A DNA stretch of 63,612 nt, counting the filler, from Octopus bimaculoides (lineage: Eukaryota), in NCBI RefSeq assembly GCF_001194135.2. It is 7 parts of 7 records of this genome, joined end to end, with 100 filler letters (N's around TTAATTAATTAA, not from the genome) between each part and the next. Parts side by side here need not be neighbours in the genome. Positions count along the whole stretch, not along the records: positions 18,721 to 34,533 come from NC_068986.1; positions 34,634 to 37,477 come from NC_069007.1; 5 more parts are not named here. One strand, 5' to 3'. This document shows positions 24,045 through 36,528 of the stretch, in pieces. The notes under the pieces are model-generated. The model worked only from the letters and a program-made list of their open reading frames with translations. It did not search any database and had not been told where the DNA came from. A program made the translations under genes and the position numbers. Numbering within the stretch: position 1 is the first letter of the stretch; every line of letters begins with the position of its first letter.

Positions 24045-24443
24045 AGGCGCAGGAGTGGGTGTGTGGTAAGTAGCTTGCTTACCAACCACATGGTTCCGGG
24101 TTCAGTCCCACTGCGTGGCATCTTGGGCAAATGTCTTCTACTATAGCCTCGGGCCGACCAAAGCCTTGTGAGTGGATTTGGTAGACGGAAACTGAAAGAA
24201 GCCCGTCGTATATATGTATATATATGTGTGTGTTTGTGTGTCTGTGTTTGTCCCCCTAGCATTGCTTGACAAACGATGCTGGTGTGTTTATGTCCCCGTC
24301 ACTTTGCGGTTCGGCAAAAGAGACCGATAGAATAAGTACTAGGCTTACAAAGAATAAGTCCCGGGGTCGATTTGCTCGACTAAAGGCGGTGCTCCAGCAT
24401 GGCCGCAGTCAAATGACTGAAACAAGTAAAATAAAATAAAATA
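24045..24443 (+). mobile_element. Full-length bipartite SINE: family A head, internal TA/TG microsatellite, family B tail
   Basis: Head AGGCGCAGGAGTGG...GAAGCCCGTCG, then (TA)/(TG)n, then tail GTCCCCCTAGCATTGC...GCTCCAGCATGGCCGCAGTCAAATGACTGAAACAAGTAAAATAAAATAAA. Confidence 0.88.
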
Positions 24444-27400
24444 GTATAGCATCACAGATCCATTTTAGTCGGTTTTATCAATCAGTTTTGTACACTGATT
24501 GATAAAATCCAGTCCTCATGCTCATCAGAAGGCTTGCTAGGAAGTGTATGGCAATGGCTCTGCCACTGGAAGTCAGAAAACAAAACATCAGGGCTGTGGG
24601 TGTTGTGAAAAACCAAAATGAAAGGAAAAACCTATGAGAGAAGCTCAAGGAAGGAATTTTTTGTTCATTAGAGTTATGCCCCTTGGATAAGGATCAGGCA
24701 GCGTCATCATAGTGTAAGGAGTAAAGGCCTCTAGAGTGGGGTTGGGGCTGGGTGTGGGCATGATTGAATTAACAAGTGTGCAGGAGTTGGGGTGGAAAGT
24801 GAAGATGGGGGAAGGGGGATGGGGGGGAACTAAAAATCACTTGTGGACATATATAAGCATGTGTATGTGTTTTTATGTAATAAGCTGTGTGGGGGAAAAC
24901 TTCTGCTGAGCCTTCAGATTATGGTGATGAAAAATATTGATGGTGAAAGCTCTTATGTTTATATTCATGCATTATATTACCTCAGTATCCAAATACATAT
25001 CTCCCTTCCTGAGGGCAGGATCAAGATAATCTCACTTTTACAGTTAAAGCAGGTATCCAACTGAAGAAAGTTTTTTAGTATAAATCTTTTTTTCTGCCAA
25101 GTAGAGTCTGCATCTCCTACTGCTATTGAAATAAGGTTTATAAATATTTTCTTAATATTCCCCGTCCAAAACTTAAAGGTATTTCATAAACCCAGATTTC
25201 TTATATGGTAATTTTCAAATATATTTTATGTTTAGTTTGATAATATGTGAATAATTATATTTTATAATTAGCTGAATAAATTATTTAAAAAATCTAGTCC
25301 TCTCAAATTGCTAAATTTAACATCTTCAATGCAACCTTCTGATACAAAAAAAAGAAAGATTTCCCAGTACTGATTTAGAGCATATTGCACTTTCTCTAAT
25401 TTATTGAAATCTGAATTGATTAATTAATATATCTCCCAAATAATTTTGGTAGGTTACTTTGTTTGATATTAATAATTTTTATAATAAAAGAAAGATAGAA
25501 TAGTGTGTTTTAAATCAGTCAGTTAATTCAAATTTAATTTTAGAAAATAGCTTCTAACTTTTGAGATAGGAAATAGCTTATAAATTCAAGACAGGAAAAC
25601 CAGAAGCAAAAACATCACCTGTGGAACATGTTGAAGTAGGAATCTATATTTCAGAAATGATTTCTACGCATCATTCATTTATTCATCTAGTCGTAGGAGG
25701 TCTAATTTGTAATTGCACACAGTTAGTCTGTAATATACTTCAGTAAATATTGTTCTTTATCATAATATATTCAAGGAAACTGAAAGAGATTTAAAATGTC
25801 AACTTAACAGCATCTGTCACAAGTAAATCATTCAATGTTGTAAACTCCATCTCAAGGATTGGAATTACTCTTCCCACGTTGTAACCTGTTCTTACTTGTT
25901 GCACGTGTCAGAATAGGAATTTATATTGTTGTGATAAATTCTCCTGCCAAGCTCATTTGTTGGGCGTTCCTTCATTATATACACACAAGGTGATTTCTAA
26001 TTGTTGTAGATAATCATTTGATGTAGTTGCCAGTTAGTTACAAAGTAAAAACAAAGTTGTAGACCAGCTTTCACACAGTTTGTTTTCACTATTTTCTTTC
26101 CTTTCCAAATAGTTCCTCCCACACTGAGGCCAGATATTTATGACTTGCGGAGATATAAATTGAGTTGATACTAAATTTAACTACAGTTGACCAGCATCTA
26201 TTCCTATAAACTGCTGTAGGCTGTTATAAGAACTCACCTGATGGCTTTTCATAACTGTTTTAAGCAGATGCAAAGTTCATTTCTTATCAGAAAGTTATTT
26301 GAAGCTGAAAGTGATTGAGGGTTTAAAGAGCCTATATGGTTCAGAGCATCATTTATAAAATACAATATACTGTATTAAAAGTTGCACCAGTGATTTTCAT
26401 CAAAAGAAATAAAAGTATATCATCACTACATCATAAGATCTGTTTCCATTTCACATTCAGAAAATATATTAACCCTGAACAGTTATTAGATTTTTACATA
26501 TTCCTAACATCTCCTATGCTACTGTTCACATATCTGAAACAGAATCGTTATAATGCACAAATATTTTATATGGTATCTGACAAATATGTTTTCCTCCAAA
26601 TAGGCAACTGCTTACTCACCAGATTTATCCAGATACTTCAATGAGTTTTTAGTGGCCTATTGATTAGAGTGTGTAGCACTCACGTTTGTAAGATGGTGGT
26701 TTTGATTCCTGGACTGGACAGTGCTTTGTGTTCTTGAGTAAAATATTTGGTTTCACATTGTTCCAGTCCACTCAGCTGTAAATGAGTTCCAGCAATAGCT
26801 GTGATGGACTGATGGATCTCAGTGGGAAGTGTTGTAATCTTAGACACTTATATACTATGGAAACCAGGTTAGAATCCAGCCTTATGAGTCTTAAGACTTA
26901 TGACAGATCTAAAATGAATTTATATCAGTAATATGACTTTTTGGTAGGGTAAATGTTACCAGCATATGAATATAAGTTGTGGATTACTGATATTTACCAA
27001 GAAGTAACAGGATAATCAGAATGTCCTTCATGAATATAACTAGGCAACATTAAAAAGACAATGACATTGGTGATTTATAGATGTGATATTCATAATCAAG
27101 TATACAAGGTATAATCCACCCTTTTGATATTAAAATACTATAAGGTGTTGAGCTAGCAAAATCATTAGCTCGGTGGCATTTTGCCCATTTTTACATTCTG
27201 AGTTCAAATTCTGTTAAGGTCAATTTTGCCATTTATCCTTTCAGGGGTTGATAAAATAAGTACCAGTTGAGCACTGTGGCAATGTAATTGGCTTACTCCA
27301 TTCCCCAGACTTGCTGGCCTTATGCCAAAATGTGAAACCAATATTAAGATACTCTTACTATTTATAGCTACAGGAAAATATTATCAAGAGGTCTGTCATG

Positions 27401-28289
27401 TACAACTAAGCATCAATTTAGCAAGTTAAACCATGATTAAGGATTAAGAACATTTATATTTAGAGTTTCAAAGCTATCAACAAGAAAATACTAAATGTAG
27501 GATAAAACAATATTAAATGTATCAATGTTATTTCTTTTTTCTCAATATAAAGGCAGCCAGCCGGCAGAATTGTTCACTCGCCAGGTGAAATACTTGGCAG
27601 CATTTTGCTTGTCTTTACATTCTGAATTTAAATTCTGCCTAGGTCAACTTTGCTTTTTATTCTTTTAGAGTCGATAAATTAAGTACCAGGGAAACACTGG
27701 GGTTGATGTAATCAACTTGTCCCCTCCCACAAGATGCCAAGCCTTGTACCTTTAGTAGAAAGGATAATTTTCTCAATATGATAATACAATATTAAATTTA
27801 GCAATGTTATTATTATGAAAAGTAATTTAAGAATTAACTGTGTCTAGCATAAGCAGAAGGTTTCAAATTCTTGGAGGAGAAGAAGAGAGATAGTACAACT
27901 TCCATGTAAGTCTACTAAGTTAATCTCCTTTGTTTTTTTACTTCCAAAACATATTTTTACTCAACAATCACTTTTGTTACCCCCATCAGATCATCTAACC
28001 ATTGCCTAATCACAGCAATTTATCACATATTCCCTTACTGCACAATATACCATCACTTTCTGAATCCTATTGCATTTCAGGTCAGCTGACTGGCTAGAGC
28101 TTTGTCAGTTTGGGGTTAACTATCCCTTTCAACAAATTTGCCTCACTTCTAACCAACTCAAGACAACTAAGTAGGTGGTTGAATCCCTTCTTACAGTCAT
28201 CTCCCTTCCCATATGTATACACATACATACATACATATATATATATATACATATATATTTACACAGACATAAAACTGGGACTTGTCAGT

Positions 28290-28497
28290 GAACCGTTTCT
28301 TCTAGCCTGTGGCATTTGAGACATTTGGAGGGGCTGGGCCACTAACAGCAAAGTTCTTGTCATCGTTGGCACCTTACCATACTGAGGTATCAGGTGATAC
28401 CCATGAAGGTCCTTGGCTATTCCAGCACCTTAGCTTTGCCATCACACATGGTAATGCCACAAATGTGTTGGCTTGCTTCAATAGGTTTAGTTGAACC
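28290..28497 (+). mobile_element. CRE-clade-like non-LTR retrotransposon 3' coding remnant
   Basis: FLLAC / ETFGGAGPLTAKFLSSLA...GDTHEGPWLFQHLSFAITHGNATNVLACF resembles the recalled CRE-clade C-terminus F.P.A.ET.GGWG..A..FL......LFQRLSVAIQRGNA. Confidence 0.6.
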
Positions 28498-28650
28498 TTG
28501 TGGTGTGTGACCAATTAAGCCATTTGATGTTGAATCGATGTTTTTTGGGACTTTCTTTTTTTCCTTTTTCCTTCTTTTTCTTTCTTTCTTCACTCATGTT
28601 TGCGTTTTATTCAGTTTTGTATTCTAATGTGGTTTTCTATTAAATACATA

Positions 28651-29023
28651 TTGTTGGCACTCCGTTGGTTACGACGTCGAGGGTTCCAGTTGATCCGATC
28701 AACGGAACAGCCTGCTCGTGAAATTAACGTGCAAGTGGCTGACCAATCCACAGACATGTGTACCCTTAACGTAGTTCTCGGGGATATTCAGCATGACACA
28801 GTGTGACAAGGCTGACCCTTTGAATTACAGGCACAACAGAAACAGGAAGTAAGAGTGAGAGAAAGTTGTGGTGGAAGAGTACAGCAGGGTTTGCCACCAT
28901 CCCCTGCCAGAGCCTCGTGGAGCTTTAGGTGTTTTTGCTCAATAAACACTCACAATCGAGAATCGAAACGATAATCCTATGACCACGAGTCCGCTGCCCT
29001 AACCACTGGGCCACTGCGCCTCC
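28651..29023 (-). mobile_element. SINE family D copy
   Basis: Colinear with 58472-58858. Confidence 0.85.
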
Positions 29024-29479
29024 TGTATTTGCTATACATTTAGTCTAAAAAACATTTTTGTTTCTGACCTTCACATTTACTAAAAAAGCAGGGGTTGGTC
29101 ATTAATATGTGGGCTAATAACTTTATAATCATCATTTAATGACAACTTTTCCATGCTTGCATGGATTGGACAGAATTTGTTGAAGCAAATTTCTTCAGCT
29201 GGATAACCTTCATGTGGTAAAACCCCCATCTATTTCCAAGCAAGTTGATATTTTCCCATAGCTAGACATGATTTTCACTGAAAACTGGAAACAAGCACCC
29301 TCACATGTGTGATGGTGATACTCATTTACAACCATTACATGATGTCTAGACATGGATACACAAAAATTCACACACATATACACACACACAAACATTCACA
29401 CACACATATATATATTTATTGTTCTTATACAAGAATGTTGTTGACCGCGACTTCAAAGTTTCAACCAGACATCAATACA

Positions 29480-29550
<71 letters not shown>

Positions 29551-30657
29551 ATGCATGTATATATGTATAAATAACACAATTCTTCCATTTTCCAGCTACC
29601 AAATCCACTCACAAGGCTTTGATCAGCCCAGGGCTGCCCAATATATCATGTAGTAGAACTCAACCCTTACCCTAGGCATAAAATATGAAAACCATGAAAT
29701 TTGTAAATCTTTTGAACTTCTCAATACCTTGATCTGATTTCTCTAAAAAAAGATTGCATTTTCCTGCCCAAAATCATTGAAATTCTTAAGAAATGCCTTA
29801 CTGATCATAAAAAAAAGAACCCCATTATTCTAACTAACATTTTATGAATAGCAAAGTTGTAACAAGTTTCAACAATATCAACAAGACCTCTCTGTCATTT
29901 CAGTGAAGCTTACCAAAAACTGTAACTGAATGTAACTGGTGATACTAATGACAATTAAAATATTTTATTTTGGTTTATTGGTGTAAAATATTTGTTATTA
30001 AAGCTGAGATCGTTTGATATATCATCATCTGTCTACTGCTATACACTTATATTTTTATAAAAGGCTCTCAAGAGATGAAATGCTTTTCATTTTCACTGGC
30101 TGGTGTGCATATAGGTGTCAACATGTGTGTGTGTGTGTGTGTGAATATGAGAGAGAGAGAGAATGTGAGAATATTTCAATGTAGAAAGATTGAATAGCAT
30201 TAAAGTATGAGAGAAAGAAAGAAAGAATGAAAGAAGAAAGAGAGCCATCTCCTTGAAAAGTCATCAGATATGTCAACAAATGATATCATCAGAATATGAA
30301 GGTAGGAGGGTGGGGTGGTGGGACGGTGGGACGGTGTAGGGTTGATACATTGTTTTCCATTGTTTATTTAGGTCTCCACCACTAGGCTGTTAGGTAAAGC
30401 ATTTACCAGAAGCATCTGTAGAGCAAACATGCAAGTAAGTGTAAGTGCCAATCAAATACTGATTGAGTCAGGGCATTACACTGAAAAACCATTAGTGGTG
30501 TTAAAAAAATATATATAAAACATAAACGTATATAAAAAAAAATCAAAGAACATTGTCATATATACAACAACAGATTTATTTATGGGTGGTTTTGTGATTG
30601 TCCAGAGAAGAAATGTTATTCTTCATATCAAATATTTGTTCTTAGGAACTCTATGTA

Positions 30658-30703
<46 letters not shown>

Positions 30704-30876
30704 TGAGAGAGTATATGTGTAGCTACACATATGAGAAAAAGTCTATAAACAAGTATCAATAAAAGGAACTGTAAGCGATGAGACTACTGCGTGGAAATGA
30801 AGCTTATATCCCTTAGTTAATATCTCAGTTCATTTGACATTTGCTACATGCTGGGACATACACTCAGAAATTTAAC

Positions 30877-31513
30877 GGATCTTGTTCAAAACGGGGGCAC
30901 CAGTTTTCATTTATGTTTTATGTAGTGTTTTTGGTACCGAAAGACTTTCAAACTTTGTATACTTATCTATTTTGTGTTATAGAACAGAAAAAAAATTTTG
31001 TATTCGAATTTATTTCATGTAAAAAATTGTCTTATTTCGATAATTTCTACTAATCACTGACGTCTATTCAGTTGAAAACAGTTAGCGCTGTAACGGTGTA
31101 TATCGTATTAATCCCCTAACCCTAACCCTAACCCTAACCCTAAAACTAACCCTAACTCTAGAATCCGAACTCTAAAATTGTTACACACATAGATACGCAC
31201 AGCGTAATTTATTATATAAACAATATATGCGTATAAATTACGATTAAACCAGATGAAATATGTCACAGGGAATAACATTTTTATGACCACCCAGCAGTAA
31301 CTCTATTCAGCTGAATAGACGTCAGTGATTGGTTGAAATTACAGAAATACGACAACTTTAACATGGAATAACTTGCGATGTACGTTTTTTTGTTAAGAAG
31401 ACTAACAGTAAAAGATGTTTTATATGACACATTCTACCAGTGTCCCAAGTTTCAAAGTGTTTCGTTAGTGTTTCGTTAAGAAAATACTGGTGCCCCCGTT
31501 TTGAACTAGATCC
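30877..31513. mobile_element. Non-autonomous TIR element (Merlin-like MITE) with nested inverted repeats and (CCCTAA)n
   Basis: 28-bp TIR GGATCT(T/A)GTTCAAAACGGGGGCACCAGT at 30877-30904 and 31486-31513; 8-bp TSD AATTTAAC at 30869-30876 and 31514-31521; perfect inner 20-bp IR at 31052-31071 and 31311-31330; telomere-like repeats at ~31114-31160. Confidence 0.85.
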
Positions 31514-32524
31514 AATTTAACTATCAACTGAATAAACTTATTCCTAATATGATCATGTATAATTAAAAGACTTGTTTACCTCATCTTTAGAAATAGAAAA
31601 TGTTTTAAAATTATGAACTGCTATGATCTATCTATCACAAGGTCCAGTCTTTGTTGTGATGTGGTGACTTGTGTGCTTCAGTGATCCTGAGAGATATGCC
31701 AGCAAAGTGCAAGATCCTGACAGGGTCTCCTATGCTGGTCAAATCAAAGGATAGGTCCAGACTAATATGGACCATTTCTCAAATGTAAAAATGGGTTTGT
31801 TTAAGGCCAAAATCCTGATAGAGAAAAAAGTAAAGTTACAGATGCATTAATGACAAATAAAACCAACAAAACCAAGAAGAAGCAGAAAAGACAGCTGAGA
31901 GCCAAAAATAGTGAAAATAAGTCATTTTTAACTTATGATCCATAGGAAACAAAGGGCTTAAGTAAGTAAAGTAAAGGTCATGATAACCTCAATGGGATTT
32001 GAACTCAGAGCATAAAAGACTATTCTGAGTTCAAATCCTGTTGAGGTCAACTTTGCATTTCATCATTTCTGGGATGATAAAATAAAATACCAATCAAGTA
32101 GTAGGGTCAATAAAATTGACTGTTCCTTCCTTCCAATTTCTGACATTGTGTCTATGTAATAAGTCAGTTTTTACATCTCGCAATGTATTAATGTAAAAAT
32201 GATTGCAATAACAGTAACTCATCTCAAACATTCAAGATTCATCAGAGCTGCAGGTTTGTGGTTGGGTTGATTAGAAGTTGCAACTTTCTGATTTGGTAAT
32301 TGATCTCTGAACCTGGCACCTCAGGCAAGTGTTTTTTGTTTTATTACTAATTTTTATGTCCATTTTTTTTCCTTGCTTGCATGGATTGGATAAATAAATT
32401 ATTGAGACATTGTTTTGCAGCTGAATGCCCTTCCTGTCAACTAAACCTTATCTATATTTCAAGTTCAGTGGTCTCTTAGTCCACACACCATCAAGAGTGC
32501 AAACCTTGTATCTGTTGAAATTGT

Positions 32525-32651
<127 letters not shown>

Positions 32652-33039
32652 TAAAGATCCACGTTGATACTATGTAAGGTTTGAAAAATCCCTTTTACTG
32701 GCTCAACTGATTTAGTCAAGATCTTTGTTCCAGTTTAAATACCAGAAAAATGTGTATCTTCTAAACATCCAATGATAGCAGAGATAAAACTATGCTTCAA
32801 TATTACTGTCATAATGAAGACGTGAACTGATAGAATCATTAGCACGCTAAGCAAAATGCTTAGCAGCATTACATCTGTCTTTATGTTCTGAATTCAAATT
32901 CTGCCAAGGTTAACTTTACCTTTTATCTTTTTGGGGGTTGATAAAATAAGTACCAGTTGAGCACTGGGGTTGATGTAATCAAACTTATTGCCTACCCTGA
33001 AATTGCTGGCCTTGTGTCAAAATTTGAAACCAATATTGC

Positions 33040-33200
33040 TGTCTTAATTATCTTTACAAGCCACATGGCAAGATTAATCAAAAATGTGATAAACGAGGTA
33101 ATCGCTGACAAAGTTAAGAGAGAAATATTTTTAATGCTATCCAGCATGGGTTTAAACAAGAATATTCACATAGCAGCGCATCAAATACCCACACAGCGTG
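33040..33200 (+). mobile_element. Highly decayed CR1/L2-like RT fragment
   Basis: IFTSHMARLIKNVINEVIADKV...NAIQHGFKQ resembles the LTSHIAKLMER...QHGF region. Confidence 0.4.
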
Positions 33201-34348
33201 ATTTAGATAGGTTAAGTAGGGTTTCAAATTTTTGGCACATGGTCAGCAGTTTTGGGGGAGGGGCCAAGTCATTTAAATCGACCCCAATGCTCAACTGGTA
33301 CTTATTGACCCCCAAAAGGATGAGAGGCAAAGCCAACCTAGAATGTAGAGATGATCTTGCTTGGTGTGTCAACGATTCTGCCAGCTTGCTGCCTTAGTTT
33401 AGTCTAATACTATACTGGTTTCTTAAATTTTGTTCTTTAATCAAAGAGACCATCTCAGAGATGTGAAATTAGTATGGTTGATATCTAGCCTAAATATCTG
33501 CAGCTCAATATCTGAGGCTAATTGTAGGTGAGGGAAGCCTGATTATCTAGTTTCAATGCTTGCAACAGATGAACGACACTGCAGGCACTTAAAAATCAGC
33601 TAGCAGTGTTAAACCAGTTGATCTGTTTAGCTTACCACCCATGACTCTCATCTGATCAGTTTACTTAACTATAACTAAATTCCCCAGTCACTTCATTCAC
33701 CCACTCCTTTGCCACTCTTTGCATTCATGTGAAGTCCCCGTTCCCTACTCGTGCACCCTAGGCAATACTCTACCATCCCATTTATATTCTCATCCCTGTA
33801 TCTTGAAGGTATGCTCTAACATATCACCATCATCCCTCTCTCACTCTCTCTCTTTCATTCTTGATCTCTCTCTCTTTTTCTCTTTCTCGTTCTCTCACTC
33901 TTTTTCTCTGACTTGATAATCATGTATCTCCAATACAGCAAGACACCTATTTCTGTCCCTCTGCCATACTCTAACCTCTCACCACCTGGCACAAGGCCAC
34001 CTCCTCCAATACCCTGCCCCTGTCAAAGGATCTTTGTCTCATGAGTCATTCAGGGACGTCATCAGTGCTGGTGCCACGTAAAAAGCACCCAGTCCACACT
34101 GTAAAGAGGTTGGCATTTGGGAAGGCATCCAGCTGAAAAAACTATGCTAAAGCAGGCTTCACCTAGTGCTGGTGTCATGTAAAAAAAAAACACTCAGACC
34201 ACTCTGTAAAGTGGATGGCATTAGGAAGAGCATCCAGCCATAAAAACCATGTAAAAACAGAAGACAGTGAAGACTGGTGAGTCTTCTGGCTTGCCAGCTC
34301 CTGACAAATTGTCCAACCCATGCGATCATGGAAAACAGATGTTAAACG

Positions 34349-34391
34349 ATGATGATAATGATGATGATGATGATGATGATGATGATGGTGG

Positions 34392-34436
<45 letters not shown>

Positions 34437-34533
34437 CGATGACGATGATGACAACGATGATGATGACGATGATGACGATGATGACGATGATGACGATGAT
34501 GATGATGATGATGATGACGATGACGACGATGAC
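34349..34533. repeat. (GAT/GAC)n trinucleotide expansion at the tail of a family F element
   Basis: Directly visible after GATGTTAAAC; runs into a gap. Confidence 0.95.
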
Positions 34534-35179
34534 NNNNNNNNNNNNNNNNNNNNNNNNNNNNNNNNNNNNNNNNNNNNTTAATTAATTAANNNNNNNNNNN
34601 NNNNNNNNNNNNNNNNNNNNNNNNNNNNNNNNNAAAAAAAAAAAAAAGACCCGGTGTGGTTGTGTGGGTAGGAGCTCACTTTGTAACCTCATGATTTTGG
34701 GTTCAATCCCACTGCATGACAACTTGGGAAAGTGTCTTTTGCTATAGTCTTTGTAAGTGAATTTTCGTAGATGAAAACTGTGAGGAAGTCTATGGTCATC
34801 ATCATCTCTACTACTGCCACTGCTGCCACCAACACCAGCGTCATCACCATCATCACCAGTTTAACATCTGTATCCCTTGCTGGCATGGGTTTGTTGGTTT
34901 GGCAGGATCTGGTAGGCTGCAAGGCCACATCTAGCTCCAGTGTCAGCTTTGGCATGCTTTCTACAGCTGAATGCCCTTCCTAACACTACCACCACTTAAC
35001 AACTGGTGTTGGTTTGTTTACACTCCGAAAACTTAGAAGTTTGGCAAAAGAGACTAGACTTCAAAAGAAACAAAAAAAATGGTCTGGGAACAATTTGTTT
35101 AACCAAGCCCTCCAAAGCCCTGCCCCAGACTGAAAGAAGTAAAAAATAAAAACAAAATACTTAATTAAGTAGAACTTAC

Positions 35180-35227
35180 CGTGGGTAGCATCTTTTTCCG
35201 TTGCTTGGAAGCCCAATTAAGCTTTTG
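35180..35227 (-). CDS. Next exon of the same hydrolase: QKLNWASKQRKKMLPT, phase 0-0
   Basis: Acceptor gatatatttcag and donor ACG|gtaagt. In-frame continuation resembling EKLAWAKEK...EPT (HAGH) and RKMQWVQRQRLERKGT (PNKD). Confidence 0.8.
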
Positions 35228-35266
35228 CTGAAATATATCAGAGTAACAATAAGAATCATTTTAAAG

Positions 35267-35302
<36 letters not shown>

Positions 35303-35809
35303 TTAAAATTTTCTCCTATAGGCACAAAGAGCCTGAAATTTGGTGAGAGGGTTATAGTTGATTACACCAGCCCTAGTCCTCATCTGGTACTTATTTTATT
35401 GACCATAAAAGGATGAAAGGCAAAGTAGATCTCGGCAATGTTTGAGCTCAGAATGTAAAGAGCGACGAAAATCTGCTAAGCAATTTATTTGGCTTGCTAA
35501 CAATTCTACCAGCTCACCATTCTAATAATAATAATAATAATGGTTTCAAATTTTAGCACAAGGCTGGTAGGTTTGGAGGAGGGGAGCTAAGTCAATAAGA
35601 ATCAACCCCAGAGTTCAACCCATCGAACTTTACTCTCCCTTGACAATTCCTATTCTCTCTATTTTTCAGTAAGCAAGGGGCCTTCAGTCTTGTAAGCGAC
35701 AAGGTAACTTCACTGGTGCTGGTGCCATGAAAAGAAAAGCACCCAGTACAGAATGTAAGTAGTTTGTGAATAGAACAGAGACAATGCAAAGACAAGAGAG
35801 ATCCTTAAA

Positions 35810-36000
35810 TTTGCCAAGGGGTAAGACAACATCTTCAGTGTCTTTTTAGTTTTCTCCATATCTCTGGTCCTTAAAGAAGAACAGACTTCACATTAGAGCT
35901 GAAGATAAGCAATTTAGTTTATAGCAATTTCTCTGAAAGCTCAGAGGTTCTTGAGAATGGTGAATGCTGCTCTGGCTTTGTCCACTTTGGCTGACACCTC
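35810..36000 (-). mobile_element. Decayed RTE LINE C-terminal fragment in the hydrolase intron
   Basis: KARAAFTILKNL...KLLIFSSNVKSVLL*GPEIW resembles the RTE consensus KARAAF..LKNIW...KIRIFNTNVKSVLLYGAETW. Confidence 0.6.
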
Positions 36001-36144
36001 TCTCTCTCTCTGTTCCACTACTTATTATTTATGTTACTGAGAGAAGTAAAGGAGACGGCCTCCTCTATGCCGCATGGAAGGACTGAACCTAAGGTCACAT
36101 ATACTTGGGGGAACCAGTTTTTCAACCACACAGCCACACCTGCA

Positions 36145-36510
36145 CCATCATCATCATCGTTTAACGTCCACTTTCCATGCTAGCATGGGTTGGACGATTT
36201 GTCTGAGGACTGGTGAACCAGATGGCTACACCAGGCTCCAATCTGATTTGGCAGAGTTTCTACAGCTGGATGCCCTTCCTAATGCCAACCACTCCGAGAG
36301 TGTAGTGGGTGCTTTTACGTGCCACCGGCATGAAGGCCAGTCAGGCGGTGCTGGCAACGGCCACGCTCAAAATGGTGTATTTTATGTGCCACCCGCACAA
36401 GAGCCAGTCCAGGGGCACTGGCAACGATCTCGCTCAAAAATCCTTACACATGTCACAGGCACAAGTGCCAGAAAGGCGACGCTGGGCACAGGTGCCATCC
36501 AACTCACACA
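36145..36510 (-). mobile_element. Retroelement 3' end (family F) ending in TTAAACGATGATGAT
   Basis: Near-identical to 21826-22042 (-) and related to 34050-34350 (+). Remnants at ~11380-11550, 20445-20495, 29130-29280, 34850-35030 and 37000-37100. Confidence 0.75.
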
Positions 36511-36528
36511 AATAAGAAAATGGTTTAC

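Noticed and set aside
25914-26168. Plus-strand exon-like pieces (NRNLYCCDKF...; VPPTLRPDIYDLRRYKLS*)
   Set aside because: The phases are incompatible with each other and there is no recognisable homology.
27855-30434. Plus-strand AG/GT-bounded segments (27855-27906, 28081-28170, 30372-30434) as MYBBP1A 3' exons
   Set aside because: No resemblance to the MYBBP1A C-terminal half, and the joined frame stops early.
31114-31160. Possible chromosome-end or fusion scar
   Set aside because: A short, degenerate tract inside a TIR element with a TSD.
34267-34585. Poly-Asp and poly-Met ORFs
   Set aside because: The (GAT)n tail of a retroelement; no splice context, unlike the genuine acidic exon at 16730.
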